64,000 nt of DNA, taken from the NCBI GenBank assembly GCA_035604815.1, contig DATNHT010000088.1:14388-78387 (forward strand). The letters are read 5' to 3'. The notes under the pieces were generated by a model, which was not told the origin of the DNA, ran no database searches, and saw only the letters and a program-made list of their open reading frames with translations. Below, piece after piece: positions 26,637 through 37,135 of the stretch (the first letter of the stretch is position 1; each line of letters starts with the position of its first letter). The translations under genes and the position numbers were made by a program. The DNA is from Opitutaceae bacterium (GTDB lineage Bacteria; Verrucomicrobiota; Verrucomicrobiia; Opitutales; Opitutaceae).

Positions 26637-27899
26637 TCAGCGGCCGGCGCTGTCGCGGATGGCCCGGAACATGGCGAGCATGTTGTCCATCGGAGTGGGT
26701 CCCTGGACGTTGTGGATGGCGTTGAAGACGAATCCTCCGTCGGGGGCGAAGGTGTCGATCCGCTCCCGGCACTGCCGATAGACCTCGTCGGGTGTGCCGA
26801 AGGGCAGCGTGTGCTGGGTGTCGATCCCGCCGCCCCAGAAGACGATGTCGCGCCCGAATTCCTGCTTCAGGCGGGCCGGATCCATCTCGGCGGCGGAGCA
26901 CTGCACGGGGTTGAGGATGTCGAAGCCGGAGGCGATGAAGTCCTGGATCAGGGGATAGACGTCGCCGCAGGAGTGGATGAACGTCTTCCAGGACGAGTGG
27001 CGGTGGATCAGGTCGTTGAGCCTGCGGTGGAAGGGCTGGTAGAGGGTGCGGTAGGCTTCGCGCGAGATGAACGGCCCGCGCTGGGTGCCGAAGTCCGTGC
27101 CCGTGAGCAGGGCGACCTGCACCGTGTCGCCGAACAGGTCGATCAGCGTGCGCAGGTTGCGCTCCGCGAGCGCGCATTGCCGCTCGAAGACCTCCAGGAT
27201 ATAGTCCCGGCGCGCGACGGTGGAGACATACCACTCCTCGATGTCGCGGATTCCCCTTGGGTTCTTGAGGGACGGCGCGGGCACCAGCGCGATGTCCCCG
27301 AACGCGGCGCCGGGGATCACCAGGAGGGCGCCGAGGTCGCCGCGTTCCTCGAACCAGCGTTTTTGCGCGCGATAGAAGCCGAGGTCGGACTCGTTCAGGA
27401 GCGCAAACTCCTCAAGGTTGTCCGCGGGGTCGAGCCGGTCTTCGTCGATGGGCGGCTGGCGGATGATCGAGTCAAAGAAATAGCCGCCGTCGGGCATGTG
27501 GCCGCTCGGCACGACGGACGTGTCCCCCTCGGGATAGATATGCCAGCCGCCTTCGGGGGCGCGGGTGACATTGAACATCCCGGGCACCAGGCATTCGGTG
27601 CCGTCGAAGAGGGTGAACGGCTTCCAGTCGCGCGACTCCGTGCCGAAGATGGACCTGCGCCCCAGCACCCCGATGACGTCGATCGGCAGGGCCGCCCGCA
27701 GTTCGTCGTCGACCTCGCCGAGCATCTGATAGGGCTCGTTGACCCTCACCCTAAAGCCTTTATCGCCGAGCAGGTGGCGGCGGATGCGGGTCACGGCGGA
27801 GACATGGATGCCGGTCACAAACGAGGCGCCGAAGTCGACGGCAACTCGGTCGGGGGTTGAATGGGCCAGGGAGGCCGCGAGACGCTGTCGTCCAGTCAT
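26637..27899 (-). CDS. Long URO-D (uroporphyrinogen-decarboxylase) family protein, function unknown
   Basis: 420 aa with TDFGTQRGPFISREAYR...FIHSCGDVYPLIQDFIASGFDILNPVQ...GGFVFNAIHNVQ. Has the URO-D fold, but the distal Cys of the MtaA Zn site is not evident. Confidence 0.75.
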   Translation of the reverse strand: MTGRQRLAASLAHSTPDRVAVDFGASFVTGIHVSAVTRIRRHLLGDKGFRVRVNEPYQMLGEVDDELRAALPIDVIGVLGRRSIFGTESRDWKPFTLFDGTECLVPGMFNVTRAPEGGWHIYPEGDTSVVPSGHMPDGGYFFDSIIRQPPIDEDRLDPADNLEEFALLNESDLGFYRAQKRWFEERGDLGALLVIPGAAFGDIALVPAPSLKNPRGIRDIEEWYVSTVARRDYILEVFERQCALAERNLRTLIDLFGDTVQVALLTGTDFGTQRGPFISREAYRTLYQPFHRRLNDLIHRHSSWKTFIHSCGDVYPLIQDFIASGFDILNPVQCSAAEMDPARLKQEFGRDIVFWGGGIDTQHTLPFGTPDEVYRQCRERIDTFAPDGGFVFNAIHNVQGPTPMDNMLAMFRAIRDSAGR

Positions 27900-27948
27900 G
27901 ACCTATTCATAGCAAACCCGGGGGCCGGTGGCCATGCCCCGGCGGACG

Positions 27949-28106
27949 AAATACATATCCCGGGCGACAAGTCGTGTTTGACAGCGCCGGCCCGTCGGGC
28001 AAGCCGGAGGCCATGCGCAACTACCATGGAATGGAGATCGCCTGGGCAAACCGGCTCGTGCAGACCTCGCGGGTCGACTTTGGGCGCGTCAAATATATCC
28101 CGGGCG
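27949..28106. repeat. Direct repeat AAATA(C/T)ATATCCCGGGCG, two copies (27949..27966 and 28091..28106), at the AraC/operon divergent region
   Basis: 14 of 16 positions are identical when right-aligned, including an AT-rich stretch that is rare in this GC-rich DNA plus the palindromic CCCGGG. Copy 1 is intergenic and copy 2 lies in the first ~40 codons of the AraC gene. Confidence 0.35.
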
Positions 28107-28831
28107 GCTATTGCGGGCCCCGGCGCCAGCGCGACTACCAGCTCGTGGTCCTGCAGGCGGGCGGGGCGCGTGTGACCGTGGACGACGAGACGCTGATCCT
28201 CCCTGCGGAGCATGCGGTGCTCTTCCTGCCCGGCCACAGGGAGCATTTCGTCTTTTCTGCCGAACAGGGCACCGAGCACGTCTGGTGCTCGATCCGGCCC
28301 CGCTTCATGCCGGTCGAGCTGAGGTGGCGGCTGGCGCGGGCGCCGCGGATGGCGCCATGCTCGGAGTTGATGCACCGCCTCTTCGCGGCGGCGCAGGGAT
28401 GCCGCCGCGTGACCAGCCTGGCCGCCGGGCGCGTGGTGGAGCACCTCGGTCTGGCCCTGTTTGCGGAGTTCCTGCACCAGACCTCGCTCTGGCCGCACCG
28501 GGCGCAGCGGGACGAGGGGCTCTCCCGCGCCATGGCCTGCATCGAGGAGCACTTTGGGGACGAGGATTGCCTGGCGCGCGCCCGGCAGGCGGCGCTGTGC
28601 TCGGAAAGCGGGCTCAACCAGCGGTTCCGGAGATACCTCGGCACGAGTCCGGCGCGCTATCTCTGGCTGACCCGGGTCGAGCGCGGCGTCGCAATGCTGC
28701 GCGACACGGGACTGACGGTGGCGGAGGTCAGCGCGCGCTGCGGGTGCAAGAACCCGTTCCACTTCTCGCGCCTGGTGAAGCGCAACCAGGGCATGTCACC
28801 GCGCGAGGTGCGCCGCGTGGCTTGGCAATGA
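27974..28831 (+). CDS. AraC-family transcriptional regulator (cupin sensor + HTH_18)
   Basis: C-terminal AraC HTH (SGLNQRFRRYLGTSPARYL...VAEVSARCGCKNPFHFSRLVKRNQGMSPREVRR). Divergent from the operon at 27899. The start could instead be the ATG at 28013. Confidence 0.85.
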   Translation: MFDSAGPSGKPEAMRNYHGMEIAWANRLVQTSRVDFGRVKYIPGGYCGPRRQRDYQLVVLQAGGARVTVDDETLILPAEHAVLFLPGHREHFVFSAEQGTEHVWCSIRPRFMPVELRWRLARAPRMAPCSELMHRLFAAAQGCRRVTSLAAGRVVEHLGLALFAEFLHQTSLWPHRAQRDEGLSRAMACIEEHFGDEDCLARARQAALCSESGLNQRFRRYLGTSPARYLWLTRVERGVAMLRDTGLTVAEVSARCGCKNPFHFSRLVKRNQGMSPREVRRVAWQ

Positions 28832-28867
28832 AGCCGCCCGGAGGGCCGCTTTCGGCAATGGCGCCGG

Positions 28868-29095
28868 TCACTCGGGCTCCGGACGGCAACCCGGCTGCTC
28901 CTCGGGATAGACCGAAAAGTAGCCTGCCGGGGACATGCGCCTGAGCTCGCGGCGCATCACGGCGACCTCAATCTCCGTGAAGCGGTGATGGCGGCTCTGG
29001 TGCGACGAGAAGGGGCTGAACTCAGAGGGCGGGGCATCGGGCATCCGCCTCAAATTCAGCAGCAGGATGACAAGGCCCTGGATTTCGATCATCAT
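28868..29095 (-). CDS. Hypothetical small protein (75 aa)
   Basis: The C-terminal part of ORF 28868..29677 has GC3-rich codon usage from the MMIEIQGLV start. No recognised domain and no clear RBS. Confidence 0.3.
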   Translation of the reverse strand: MMIEIQGLVILLLNLRRMPDAPPSEFSPFSSHQSRHHRFTEIEVAVMRRELRRMSPAGYFSVYPEEQPGCRPEPE

Positions 29096-29386
29096 GGCTT
29101 GGACGCCTGCGAGTAGATACCGCGCGCCGTCACCGTCAAACCGGTGTGTGTCATAGCGGGTCGCGCGGCCCTTGCCTCCCGGACCGCCCGCTGAGGCCGC
29201 CTGGCGGCGCCGGCCGCGGCGTGAGCGGGGGCGGCGGAGCGGGCACAATTCCCGCATGACTGCGGCCGTACCCGCCAGGCGCCACCGGCGTCTTCCCAAT
29301 TGAGATCGGGCCGCCGGGACGCTAGCGTCCGCCGAATGGGCACAATGAACCGGACGCCGGCCGCACTCTCGGGCGGCTCCCCGAGA

Positions 29387-30268
29387 ATGATCGGCGTGGG
29401 CGGCGTGTTCATAGACGACATCGTCCTGCCGGGCGGGGAGACGCACATGGCCTCCCTCGGCGGGGCAGCGGTCCATGCGATGATGGGAGCCGCTGTCTGG
29501 GGCGAGCGGCCCGGAATCATGGCTCCGGTCGGCCGGGGGTTTCCCGAAGGCTGCCGGAGGCTCTTGGAGCAGCACCTCGACACGCGCGGACTGAAACGGC
29601 TGGACGTGGAGCATATGCGGGCATGGCAGATCTTTGAGGAGGATGGCAGGCGCCGGGAGCTTTACCGGGTTGAGCAAACCGAGCCATTCATCCGGGGCCT
29701 TTCGCCCGCGGACCTTCCGTGCGGCTATGACCGCCGCGCGGCGTTCTACCTCCTGCAGGGCTTCGACGGGGTGCGGCGGTGGCGCGCGGAAATCGGGGGG
29801 TTTGTCCTTTGGGAGCCCCTGCAGCAGGTGATGGTCTCCGCGTCGCGGGGCGACTTTCGATCGGTCCTGCGGGAATGCTCGGTCGATCTCGTTTCTCCCA
29901 ACCTGATCGAGGCGCAGGCGATCTACGGACGGCTTTCGCCGGAGGAGCTCGTGGACGCGATGACGGGCGACGGGGCGGCCGCCGTTGCGCTGCGGATGGG
30001 CGCGGACGGATCGATGGTCGCGGACGAGACGACCGGCGGTCCCGTCCGCGTGGGGGCCGCCCCTCTGGCCGGGATTGTGGATCCCACCGGGGCCGGGAAC
30101 ACCTACTGCGGTGCGCTCCTCGCCGGCATCGTCCAGGGCGATTCGTTGCGGGCCGCGGCCGCGCGGGGGGCTGTGGCGGCCTCGTTCTGCGTCGAGACGT
30201 GGGGCGCGCTCATGCCGACCGCGGTCGACCGCCTGGAGCGCGATCGGCGCCTTGCAGCGGTTGGCTGA
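29387..30268 (+). CDS. PfkB-family carbohydrate kinase (pseudouridine-kinase-like)
   Basis: MIGVGGVFIDDIV start and DPTGAGNTYCGALLAG (PfkB signature 2). Lies immediately upstream of psuG. Confidence 0.8.
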   Translation: MIGVGGVFIDDIVLPGGETHMASLGGAAVHAMMGAAVWGERPGIMAPVGRGFPEGCRRLLEQHLDTRGLKRLDVEHMRAWQIFEEDGRRRELYRVEQTEPFIRGLSPADLPCGYDRRAAFYLLQGFDGVRRWRAEIGGFVLWEPLQQVMVSASRGDFRSVLRECSVDLVSPNLIEAQAIYGRLSPEELVDAMTGDGAAAVALRMGADGSMVADETTGGPVRVGAAPLAGIVDPTGAGNTYCGALLAGIVQGDSLRAAAARGAVAASFCVETWGALMPTAVDRLERDRRLAAVG

Positions 30269-30285
30269 CGGCTCATCATTCGGGC

Positions 30286-31218
30286 GTGAAGAAAGGCGAA
30301 GACATCTTCCTGGTGGATCGAGGTGTCGCCTCGGCGCTCAGGCGCGGCAAGCCCGTGGTCGCCTTGGAGTCGACCGTGATCACGCACGGGCTGCCCTTTC
30401 CGGCCAACCGCGAGGCGGCGATCGCGATGGAATCGGCGGTCCGCGAGGAGGGTGCCGTGCCCGCCACGATTGCGGTGATCGACGGCCGGATCCGGGTCGG
30501 ATTGAGCCCGCAGGAGATCGACAGGCTGGCTTCCGTGCCGTTCCGCTCCGTGCGCAAGTGCAGCCGGAGGGATCTGCCGATTGTCGTGGCGGGCGGCGGC
30601 TACGGCGCCACGACGGTCGCCGGCACGATGATCGCCGCGCACCGGGCGGGGATCAGGGTCCTTTCGACCGGAGGCATCGGGGGCGTGCATCGCGGCCAGC
30701 CCTTCGATATTTCGGCGGACCTGATCGAGCTCGGCAGGACGCCCGTCGCCGTGGTCTGCTCGGGGCCCAAGTCCATACTCGACCTTCAGCTTACCCTGGA
30801 GGTGCTCGAAACCCAGGGCGTGCCGGTTCTCGGCCTTCAGACGGGCACCCTGCCCGCGTTCTATTCCAGGGAAAGCGGGCTGCCGATCGACGCGCGGGTG
30901 GAGAGCCCCGAGGAGGCGGCGAGGGTCGTGCATGCCGCGGGCAGGCTCGGGCTGCGCCAGGGGATCCTGATCGCGGTCCCGGTTCCCGAGGCCGACGAGC
31001 TGCCGTTCGACCAGGCGGAGGCTGCGATTAAGACGGCGACCGGCGATGCGGCCGCGCAGGGGATAGGCGGCAAGGCGCTGACCCCCTTCCTCCTGAAGCG
31101 CGTTTCCGAGTTGTCACGGGGAATCTCGCTGCGGGCCAATGTCTCGCTCCTTGTCAACAATGCCAGGGTCGCCGGCCGGATCGCCGGCGCCCTCGCGCAG
31201 ATGGACCGACTGGCCTGA
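30286..31218 (+). CDS. psuG: Pseudouridine-5'-phosphate glycosidase
   Basis: GKPVVALESTVITHGLPFPAN...PATIAVIDGRIRVGL...VCSGPKSILDL is typical of PsuG/IndA. The GTG start at 30286 is inferred. Confidence 0.85.
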   Translation: MKKGEDIFLVDRGVASALRRGKPVVALESTVITHGLPFPANREAAIAMESAVREEGAVPATIAVIDGRIRVGLSPQEIDRLASVPFRSVRKCSRRDLPIVVAGGGYGATTVAGTMIAAHRAGIRVLSTGGIGGVHRGQPFDISADLIELGRTPVAVVCSGPKSILDLQLTLEVLETQGVPVLGLQTGTLPAFYSRESGLPIDARVESPEEAARVVHAAGRLGLRQGILIAVPVPEADELPFDQAEAAIKTATGDAAAQGIGGKALTPFLLKRVSELSRGISLRANVSLLVNNARVAGRIAGALAQMDRLA

Positions 31219-31374
31219 CGCGGGAAGGGTCGGACAGGTCCCCTGGGTTTGGCTCGAAGCCGCCGGGACCGGGTGGGGGCCGGGTCCCGGTGCTCCTCGC
31301 CCGCGAACGCTGGACTCCCCCTCGACTTTTGCGCGGGCCCCGGGTATGAGTTCGGCGCCGCGGATCGATTCCTG

Positions 31375-32436
31375 ATGCCGCGATTCCTCCCATTGAACGG
31401 CGTGCCCCAGTGTCCCGTGCCCATCTTTGAAAGGTCCGAAATCACCATCGGCCACGGCGGGGGCGGACAGCTTACCGAGGAGCTGATCGACGGGATCTTC
31501 CGGCCGGCGTTCGCCAATCCCGCCCTGGAATGCCGGCAGGATGGCGCCGTCCTGGAGGCCGGCGGCGCCCGGCTTGCCTTCACCACCGACGCGCACGTGG
31601 TGAGCCCGCTTTTCTTTCCGGGGGGCGACATCGGCAGGGTCGCCGTAAACGGCACCGTCAACGACCTCGCCATGTGCGGCGCCCGGCCGCTATGGCTGAG
31701 CGCCGGATTTATCCTCGAGGAGGGCCTGCCGATCGACACCCTCCGCCGGGTGGCGGCGTCCATGAGCGCGGCGGCCGCGGCAGCGGGGGTCGCGATTGTC
31801 ACCGGGGACACCAAGGTCGTCGAGCGCGGCAAGGGCGACGGGCTGTACGTGACGACTGCGGGCGTCGGCCTGATCGAGCGTGGCCTCGCCATCGGGCCCG
31901 CGCAGATAAGGGTGGGCGACGCCGTCATCCTCAGCGGGGATGTCGGACGCCATGGCATGGCCATCATGGCGGTCCGCGAGGGCCTCGCCTTCGAAGGCCC
32001 GATCGAGAGCGACTGCGCGCCGCTGGCGTCGCCGGTCGCGGCGCTCCTGGAGGCTGGGCTGGACGTGCATTGCCTGCGCGACCTCACGCGGGGGGGCCTC
32101 GCGACGGCCCTAATCGAGCTGGCCGAGGCGCGAGGGGCCGTGATCGCGATCGAGGAGCGGGCCGTGCCGGTCAGCGAGGCGGTGCGCGGGGCGTGCGAGA
32201 TTCTCGGGCTGGAGCCGCTTTATGTCGCGAACGAAGGGCGCTTTGTCTGCTTCGTTCCCGAGGCGGATGCGCCCATGGCCCTCGGGGTGCTTGCCCGCAC
32301 GGCACCGGGCGGGCCGCCGAGGGTCATCGGCCGGGTGCGCTCGTCGTCCGCAGGAGAGGTCTCGATGCGCAGCGTGATTGGCTCAGAGCGGATCCTGCAC
32401 CGCCTGAGCGGCGAGCAGCTGCCGAGGATTTGTTAG
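31375..32436 (+). CDS. hypE: Hydrogenase maturation protein HypE
   Basis: AIR-synthase-like fold (ITIGHGGGG, TTDAHVVSPLFFPGGDIG) and the diagnostic C-terminal PRIC motif. Confidence 0.9.
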   Translation: MPRFLPLNGVPQCPVPIFERSEITIGHGGGGQLTEELIDGIFRPAFANPALECRQDGAVLEAGGARLAFTTDAHVVSPLFFPGGDIGRVAVNGTVNDLAMCGARPLWLSAGFILEEGLPIDTLRRVAASMSAAAAAAGVAIVTGDTKVVERGKGDGLYVTTAGVGLIERGLAIGPAQIRVGDAVILSGDVGRHGMAIMAVREGLAFEGPIESDCAPLASPVAALLEAGLDVHCLRDLTRGGLATALIELAEARGAVIAIEERAVPVSEAVRGACEILGLEPLYVANEGRFVCFVPEADAPMALGVLARTAPGGPPRVIGRVRSSSAGEVSMRSVIGSERILHRLSGEQLPRIC

Positions 32437-32476
32437 GGTTGGTGCAAAGAAACCCCCAAGAAAAGAGGATAAAAGG

Positions 32477-32716
32477 ATGAAGTCGCAAATCATAGGCCTC
32501 AAGGTCGCAAGCGTGCTGTTCATGCTCGTGGCGCTGGCGCATGCGGCTCGGCTGGTGTTCGGCTGGAAGGTGCAGATCGGCGAGCATGCCTTCGGGCTGT
32601 TGCCAAGCGTCGTCGCGCTGTTGGTCGCGGGCGGACTCAGCGTCTGGCTGGGGACGCTCGCATGCGGCTGCAAGACGGACGCGGCCTCCCCGCCGTCCGC
32701 GGCGCCGAAGGCCTGA
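32477..32716 (+). CDS. Small two-TM membrane protein, hypothetical
   Basis: 79 aa with two hydrophobic helices. Purine-rich AGAGGATAAAAGG directly upstream of the ATG. Confidence 0.5.
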   Translation: MKSQIIGLKVASVLFMLVALAHAARLVFGWKVQIGEHAFGLLPSVVALLVAGGLSVWLGTLACGCKTDAASPPSAAPKA

Positions 32717-32723
32717 TCGCGTG

Positions 32724-33830
32724 TCAGGCCACGGAATCCGCCCGCGCCCGGAGGCGATAGCGGAAATAGGCGGCGCAGGCGCCCTCGCTTGAGACCATCG
32801 GAGCGCCGATCGGGTGCTCCGGGGTGCACCGCGTGCCGAAAGCCGGGCAATCGAACGGCTTCTTCAATCCCCGAAGGATCTCGCCGCTGATGCATTCGCC
32901 GGCGGGCGCCGGCGCCGGGACCCCGAGGCTGAACTTGTGCGGCGCATCGTACGCGGAGTACTTTTCCCTTAGGCTCCAGCCGCTACCCGGTATGGAGCCG
33001 AGCCCCCGCCAGTTGCGGTCGACCACCTCGAACACCTCGTCCACGATCGCGCGGGCCGCCGGGTTGCCCCCGGACCGCACCACGCGAGCGTAGGCGTTCT
33101 CGACCTCGGCGCGCCCGGACTCCAGCTGGCGCAGGCAGCGGTGCAGGCCCTCGAGGATGTCCACCGGCTCGAATCCCGTCACCACGATGGGCGCCTTGTA
33201 TTCCCGCGCGATCGGCCCGTACTCGGCCGTGCCCATCACCGCGCACACATGGCCGGCCGCGAGGAAACCCTGCACCAGGTTGTCCGGCGCCCCGAGGAGC
33301 GCGCGCATCGCGGGCGGCACAAGCACGTGGGAGACCACCATTGAAAAGTTGGACAGGCCCTCGCGGTGGGCGCGCAGGACCGCCATCGCGTTTGCGGGCG
33401 CCGTCGTCTCAAAGCCGACTGCGAAGAAGACCACCTGGCGCTCGGGATGCTCGCGCGCGAACCTTACCGCATCCAGGGGCGAATAGACCATGCGCACGTC
33501 CCCCCCCCGGGCCTTGGCCGTGAGCAGGTCGATTCCCGACCCCGGAACGCGGAGCATGTCGCCGAAGGAGCAGAGCGTCACGCCGGGACGGGCCGAAAGC
33601 TCGATCGCCTGATCGATCATCTCGGCCGGGGTCACGCAGACCGGGCACCCGGGCCCGTGCACCAGGGTGACGCCGGGCGGCAGCAATTCGTCCAGTCCGA
33701 ACTTGACAATGGCGTGGGTCTGGCCGCCGCAGATTTCCATCACGGTCCAAGGGCGCGTCGCCGTGCGGGCGATCGCGTCGGCGAGCGTCCTCACCAGGCC
33801 GGCGTCGCGGTATTCGTCCACGAACCTCAT
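32724..33830 (-). CDS. hypD: Hydrogenase maturation protein HypD
   Basis: MRFVDEYRD...MEICGGQTH...GPGCPVCV...FAVGFETT. The ATG at 33830 overlaps the hypC stop (ATGA). Confidence 0.9.
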   Translation of the reverse strand: MRFVDEYRDAGLVRTLADAIARTATRPWTVMEICGGQTHAIVKFGLDELLPPGVTLVHGPGCPVCVTPAEMIDQAIELSARPGVTLCSFGDMLRVPGSGIDLLTAKARGGDVRMVYSPLDAVRFAREHPERQVVFFAVGFETTAPANAMAVLRAHREGLSNFSMVVSHVLVPPAMRALLGAPDNLVQGFLAAGHVCAVMGTAEYGPIAREYKAPIVVTGFEPVDILEGLHRCLRQLESGRAEVENAYARVVRSGGNPAARAIVDEVFEVVDRNWRGLGSIPGSGWSLREKYSAYDAPHKFSLGVPAPAPAGECISGEILRGLKKPFDCPAFGTRCTPEHPIGAPMVSSEGACAAYFRYRLRARADSVA

Positions 33831-34099
33831 GGCGGGCCCGGGGGTGCGGCCGGCTCGGGCTCGAGCCCCTCGAGCTCGCCCATGGCCCTGAGGTACCGGA
33901 ATGTCTCCTCGGCCTCGTCGGCGTCGACGACGCTGATCGCGACGCCGACGTGCACGAGCACGTAGTCGCCCGGCCGCGCCTCGGGGGCGCAGGCGAGGCT
34001 GACCTCCTTGATCACGCCCCCAAAGCTGACGCGCCCGCTGCGCTCCAGCGGGTCTTCGCCTTGGATGCTCAGAAGCTTTCCTGGGACGGCGAGGCACAT
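33827..34099 (-). CDS. hypC: Hydrogenase maturation chaperone HypC
   Basis: N-terminal MCLAVPGK motif, 90 aa. Confidence 0.9.
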   Translation of the reverse strand: MCLAVPGKLLSIQGEDPLERSGRVSFGGVIKEVSLACAPEARPGDYVLVHVGVAISVVDADEAEETFRYLRAMGELEGLEPEPAAPPGPP

Positions 34100-34105
34100 G
34101 GCGGG

Positions 34106-36437
34106 TTAGCCTGGTTGCACGGTCGTGAGGCCCCAAAGGGCCCCGAGCGCCTGGCCCGCGGCGATCGCGCCGTCATTTGGCGGCAGTTCCCGCGGCACCA
34201 GGACCTCGAAGCCCTCGGCCCCGAGCGCGGCCGAGGTGAGGTCGAGAAGGAGCGCGTTCTGAAAGCAGCCGCCGCTCAGGGCCACAGTGCCGGCGCCGGC
34301 CTCGCGGGCGGCGGCGGCGATGCCGTTCGCGAGCGCGACGTGGAACGACGCGGCGAGCTCGGCCGGATCGCGCCCCCCAAGGAGGCCCGCCTCCAGCGCG
34401 GCGATCAGCGGTTCCCAGTCGAGCTCGGCCGCCGCCCCGCCGCCGCTGGGCACGGGGCGCAGCGGCAGGGGCAGGTCGGGGGCCGCGCCTGCGCGGCCGG
34501 AGGCTGCCGCCTCGAGAGCGAGGGGGATCTGGCCTTCGAAGCGGTTGTGGTCGCCGAGGCCGAGGAGCGCGCCCACCGCGTCGAAAAGTCGGCCCGCGCT
34601 CGTTGTCACCGGCGAGTTGATGCCGCGCGCCAGCATGGATCCAAGCAGGCCGGCCTCGGCATCGGAGAATCCCAGGCGCCGGCCGAGCGCCCCGAGGCCC
34701 GCGTGCCCGGCCGCGTGGGCGAGCCCGAGCGCGCAGCGGCGGCCGTCGCGAACGGCGGCTTCGCCCCCGGGCAGCCGGAAAGGGCGAAGGCGCGCGAAGC
34801 GCCGGGCCTCCCCTTTGCGCAACAACAGGAATTCGCCGCCCCAGACCGTGCCGTCCTCCCCGAAGCCCGTGCCGTCCCAGGCCACGCCCAGGATGCCGTC
34901 GGCCTCGCGCCTATGCTCGAGGAGGCAGGCCAGGACGTGCGCGAGGTGATGCTGCACGGCGACGCAGGGCAGGCCGGTCGCCCGGGCGTACCGCGTCGAG
35001 GCATAGTCGGGATGGCGGTCGCAGACGACCCCGGTGAAGTCCGAGCCGTGGATCTCGCCGAGCATCGACACGGTGCGCTGGAAAACCTCCCGGGTCGCGG
35101 CGGCCTCGAGGTCGCCGATGTGCGGGCTGAGCGCCACGTAATCCCGGGCCGCAACCGCCACCGTGCTCTTCATCTGGGCTCCGACGCAGAGCCAGCATCC
35201 CTCGATCCTGCGGGGAAGGCGCAGGGGAAAGGGCGCGTAGCCCCGGGCCCGGCGCAGCCGGATCGGGCCGGCGGCGGACAGCCGAACGACCGAGTCGTCC
35301 ACCGGGTGGGCGATGGGCCGGTTGTGGTCGAGAAAGGCGTCGGCGATTCCGGCCAGCCTGGCGTGGGCCTCGTTTTCGTCCGTGCACAGCGGCTCCTCGG
35401 CCAGGTTGCCGCTCGTGGCGACCACCGGCCGGCCAAACGCCGCCAGGAGCAGGACGTGCAGCGGCGAGTAGGCCAGGAGCGCGCCGACCCATGGGTTGCG
35501 GGGCGCCAGTGCGGGGGCGAGCGCCGCCCCGGGCCGGCGCCTGAGAAGCACGACCGGGGCCGCGGGGGAATTCAGGAGGGCCTCCGACTCGGCCGAGGTC
35601 TCCGCGGCCAGGCGCACGGCGGCCAGGCCGGGAAACATGACGGCGAACGGCTTTTCGTCCCGGCGCTTGCGCCGGCGCAACTCGGCCACCGCGGACTCGT
35701 TGGCGGCGTCGACCATCAGGTGGTAGCCGCCTATGCCCTTGACCGCCAGGACGCCGCCGCGGCAAAGGACGCCCACGGCCCCGCTCAGGGCCGCCTCCGC
35801 CTCGAGCTCGGCGCCGGACGCCGCGCGCAGCGCGATGCGCGGCCCGCAGGCCGGGCAGGCGTTGGGCTGCGCGTGAAACCGCCGGCGGCCGGCGTCCGCA
35901 TATTCTGCCGCGCAGGCCGGGCACATCCGGAACGCGCGCATGGTCGTGTTCGGCCGGTCGTAGGGCAGGCGCTCGAGGATCGAGTAACGCGGTCCGCACT
36001 GCGTGCAGTTGATGAACGGGTACCGGTGGCGCCGGTCGTGCGGGTCGAGCAGTTCGCTCCGGCAGTCGCGGCAAAGCGCCAGGTCCGGGGGAATCGCGGT
36101 GGCGACGGGCAGCCGTCCGGGCCCGCTCGGCGCGATTGTGAACGAGGCGGCCGGGCCCGGGTCGTCCTCCCCGGCCGGGCGCGCCTCCAGCTCGCGCACG
36201 CGCGCGGCGGGTGGCGCGTCTTCGCTTAGCGCCCGCACCAGCTCCTCCACGGCCGGCGCGGGACCCGCCGCGCGTATCAGGACACCCTCGGAGTCGTTGC
36301 GCACCCAGCCGCGCAGGCCCAGCCGGGTCGCCACCCGATGGACGAACGGCCGGAAGCCAACGCCCTGCACCACGCCGCGCACCCGCAGCACCATGTCCGA
36401 TGACGCGGGCGAAGAGGGCAGGGGGGCGACCATCGGA

Positions 36438-36454
<17 letters not shown>
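34106..36454 (-). CDS. hypF: Carbamoyltransferase HypF
   Basis: Acylphosphatase domain ([14 protein letters not shown]), two CxxC Zn fingers (CRDC...CTQCGPR; CPAC...CPACGPR), and YrdC-like and Kae1-like domains. The true start may be 36433 or 36394. Confidence 0.9.
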
Positions 36455-37127
<673 letters not shown>

Positions 37128-37135
37128 GGTGCGGA

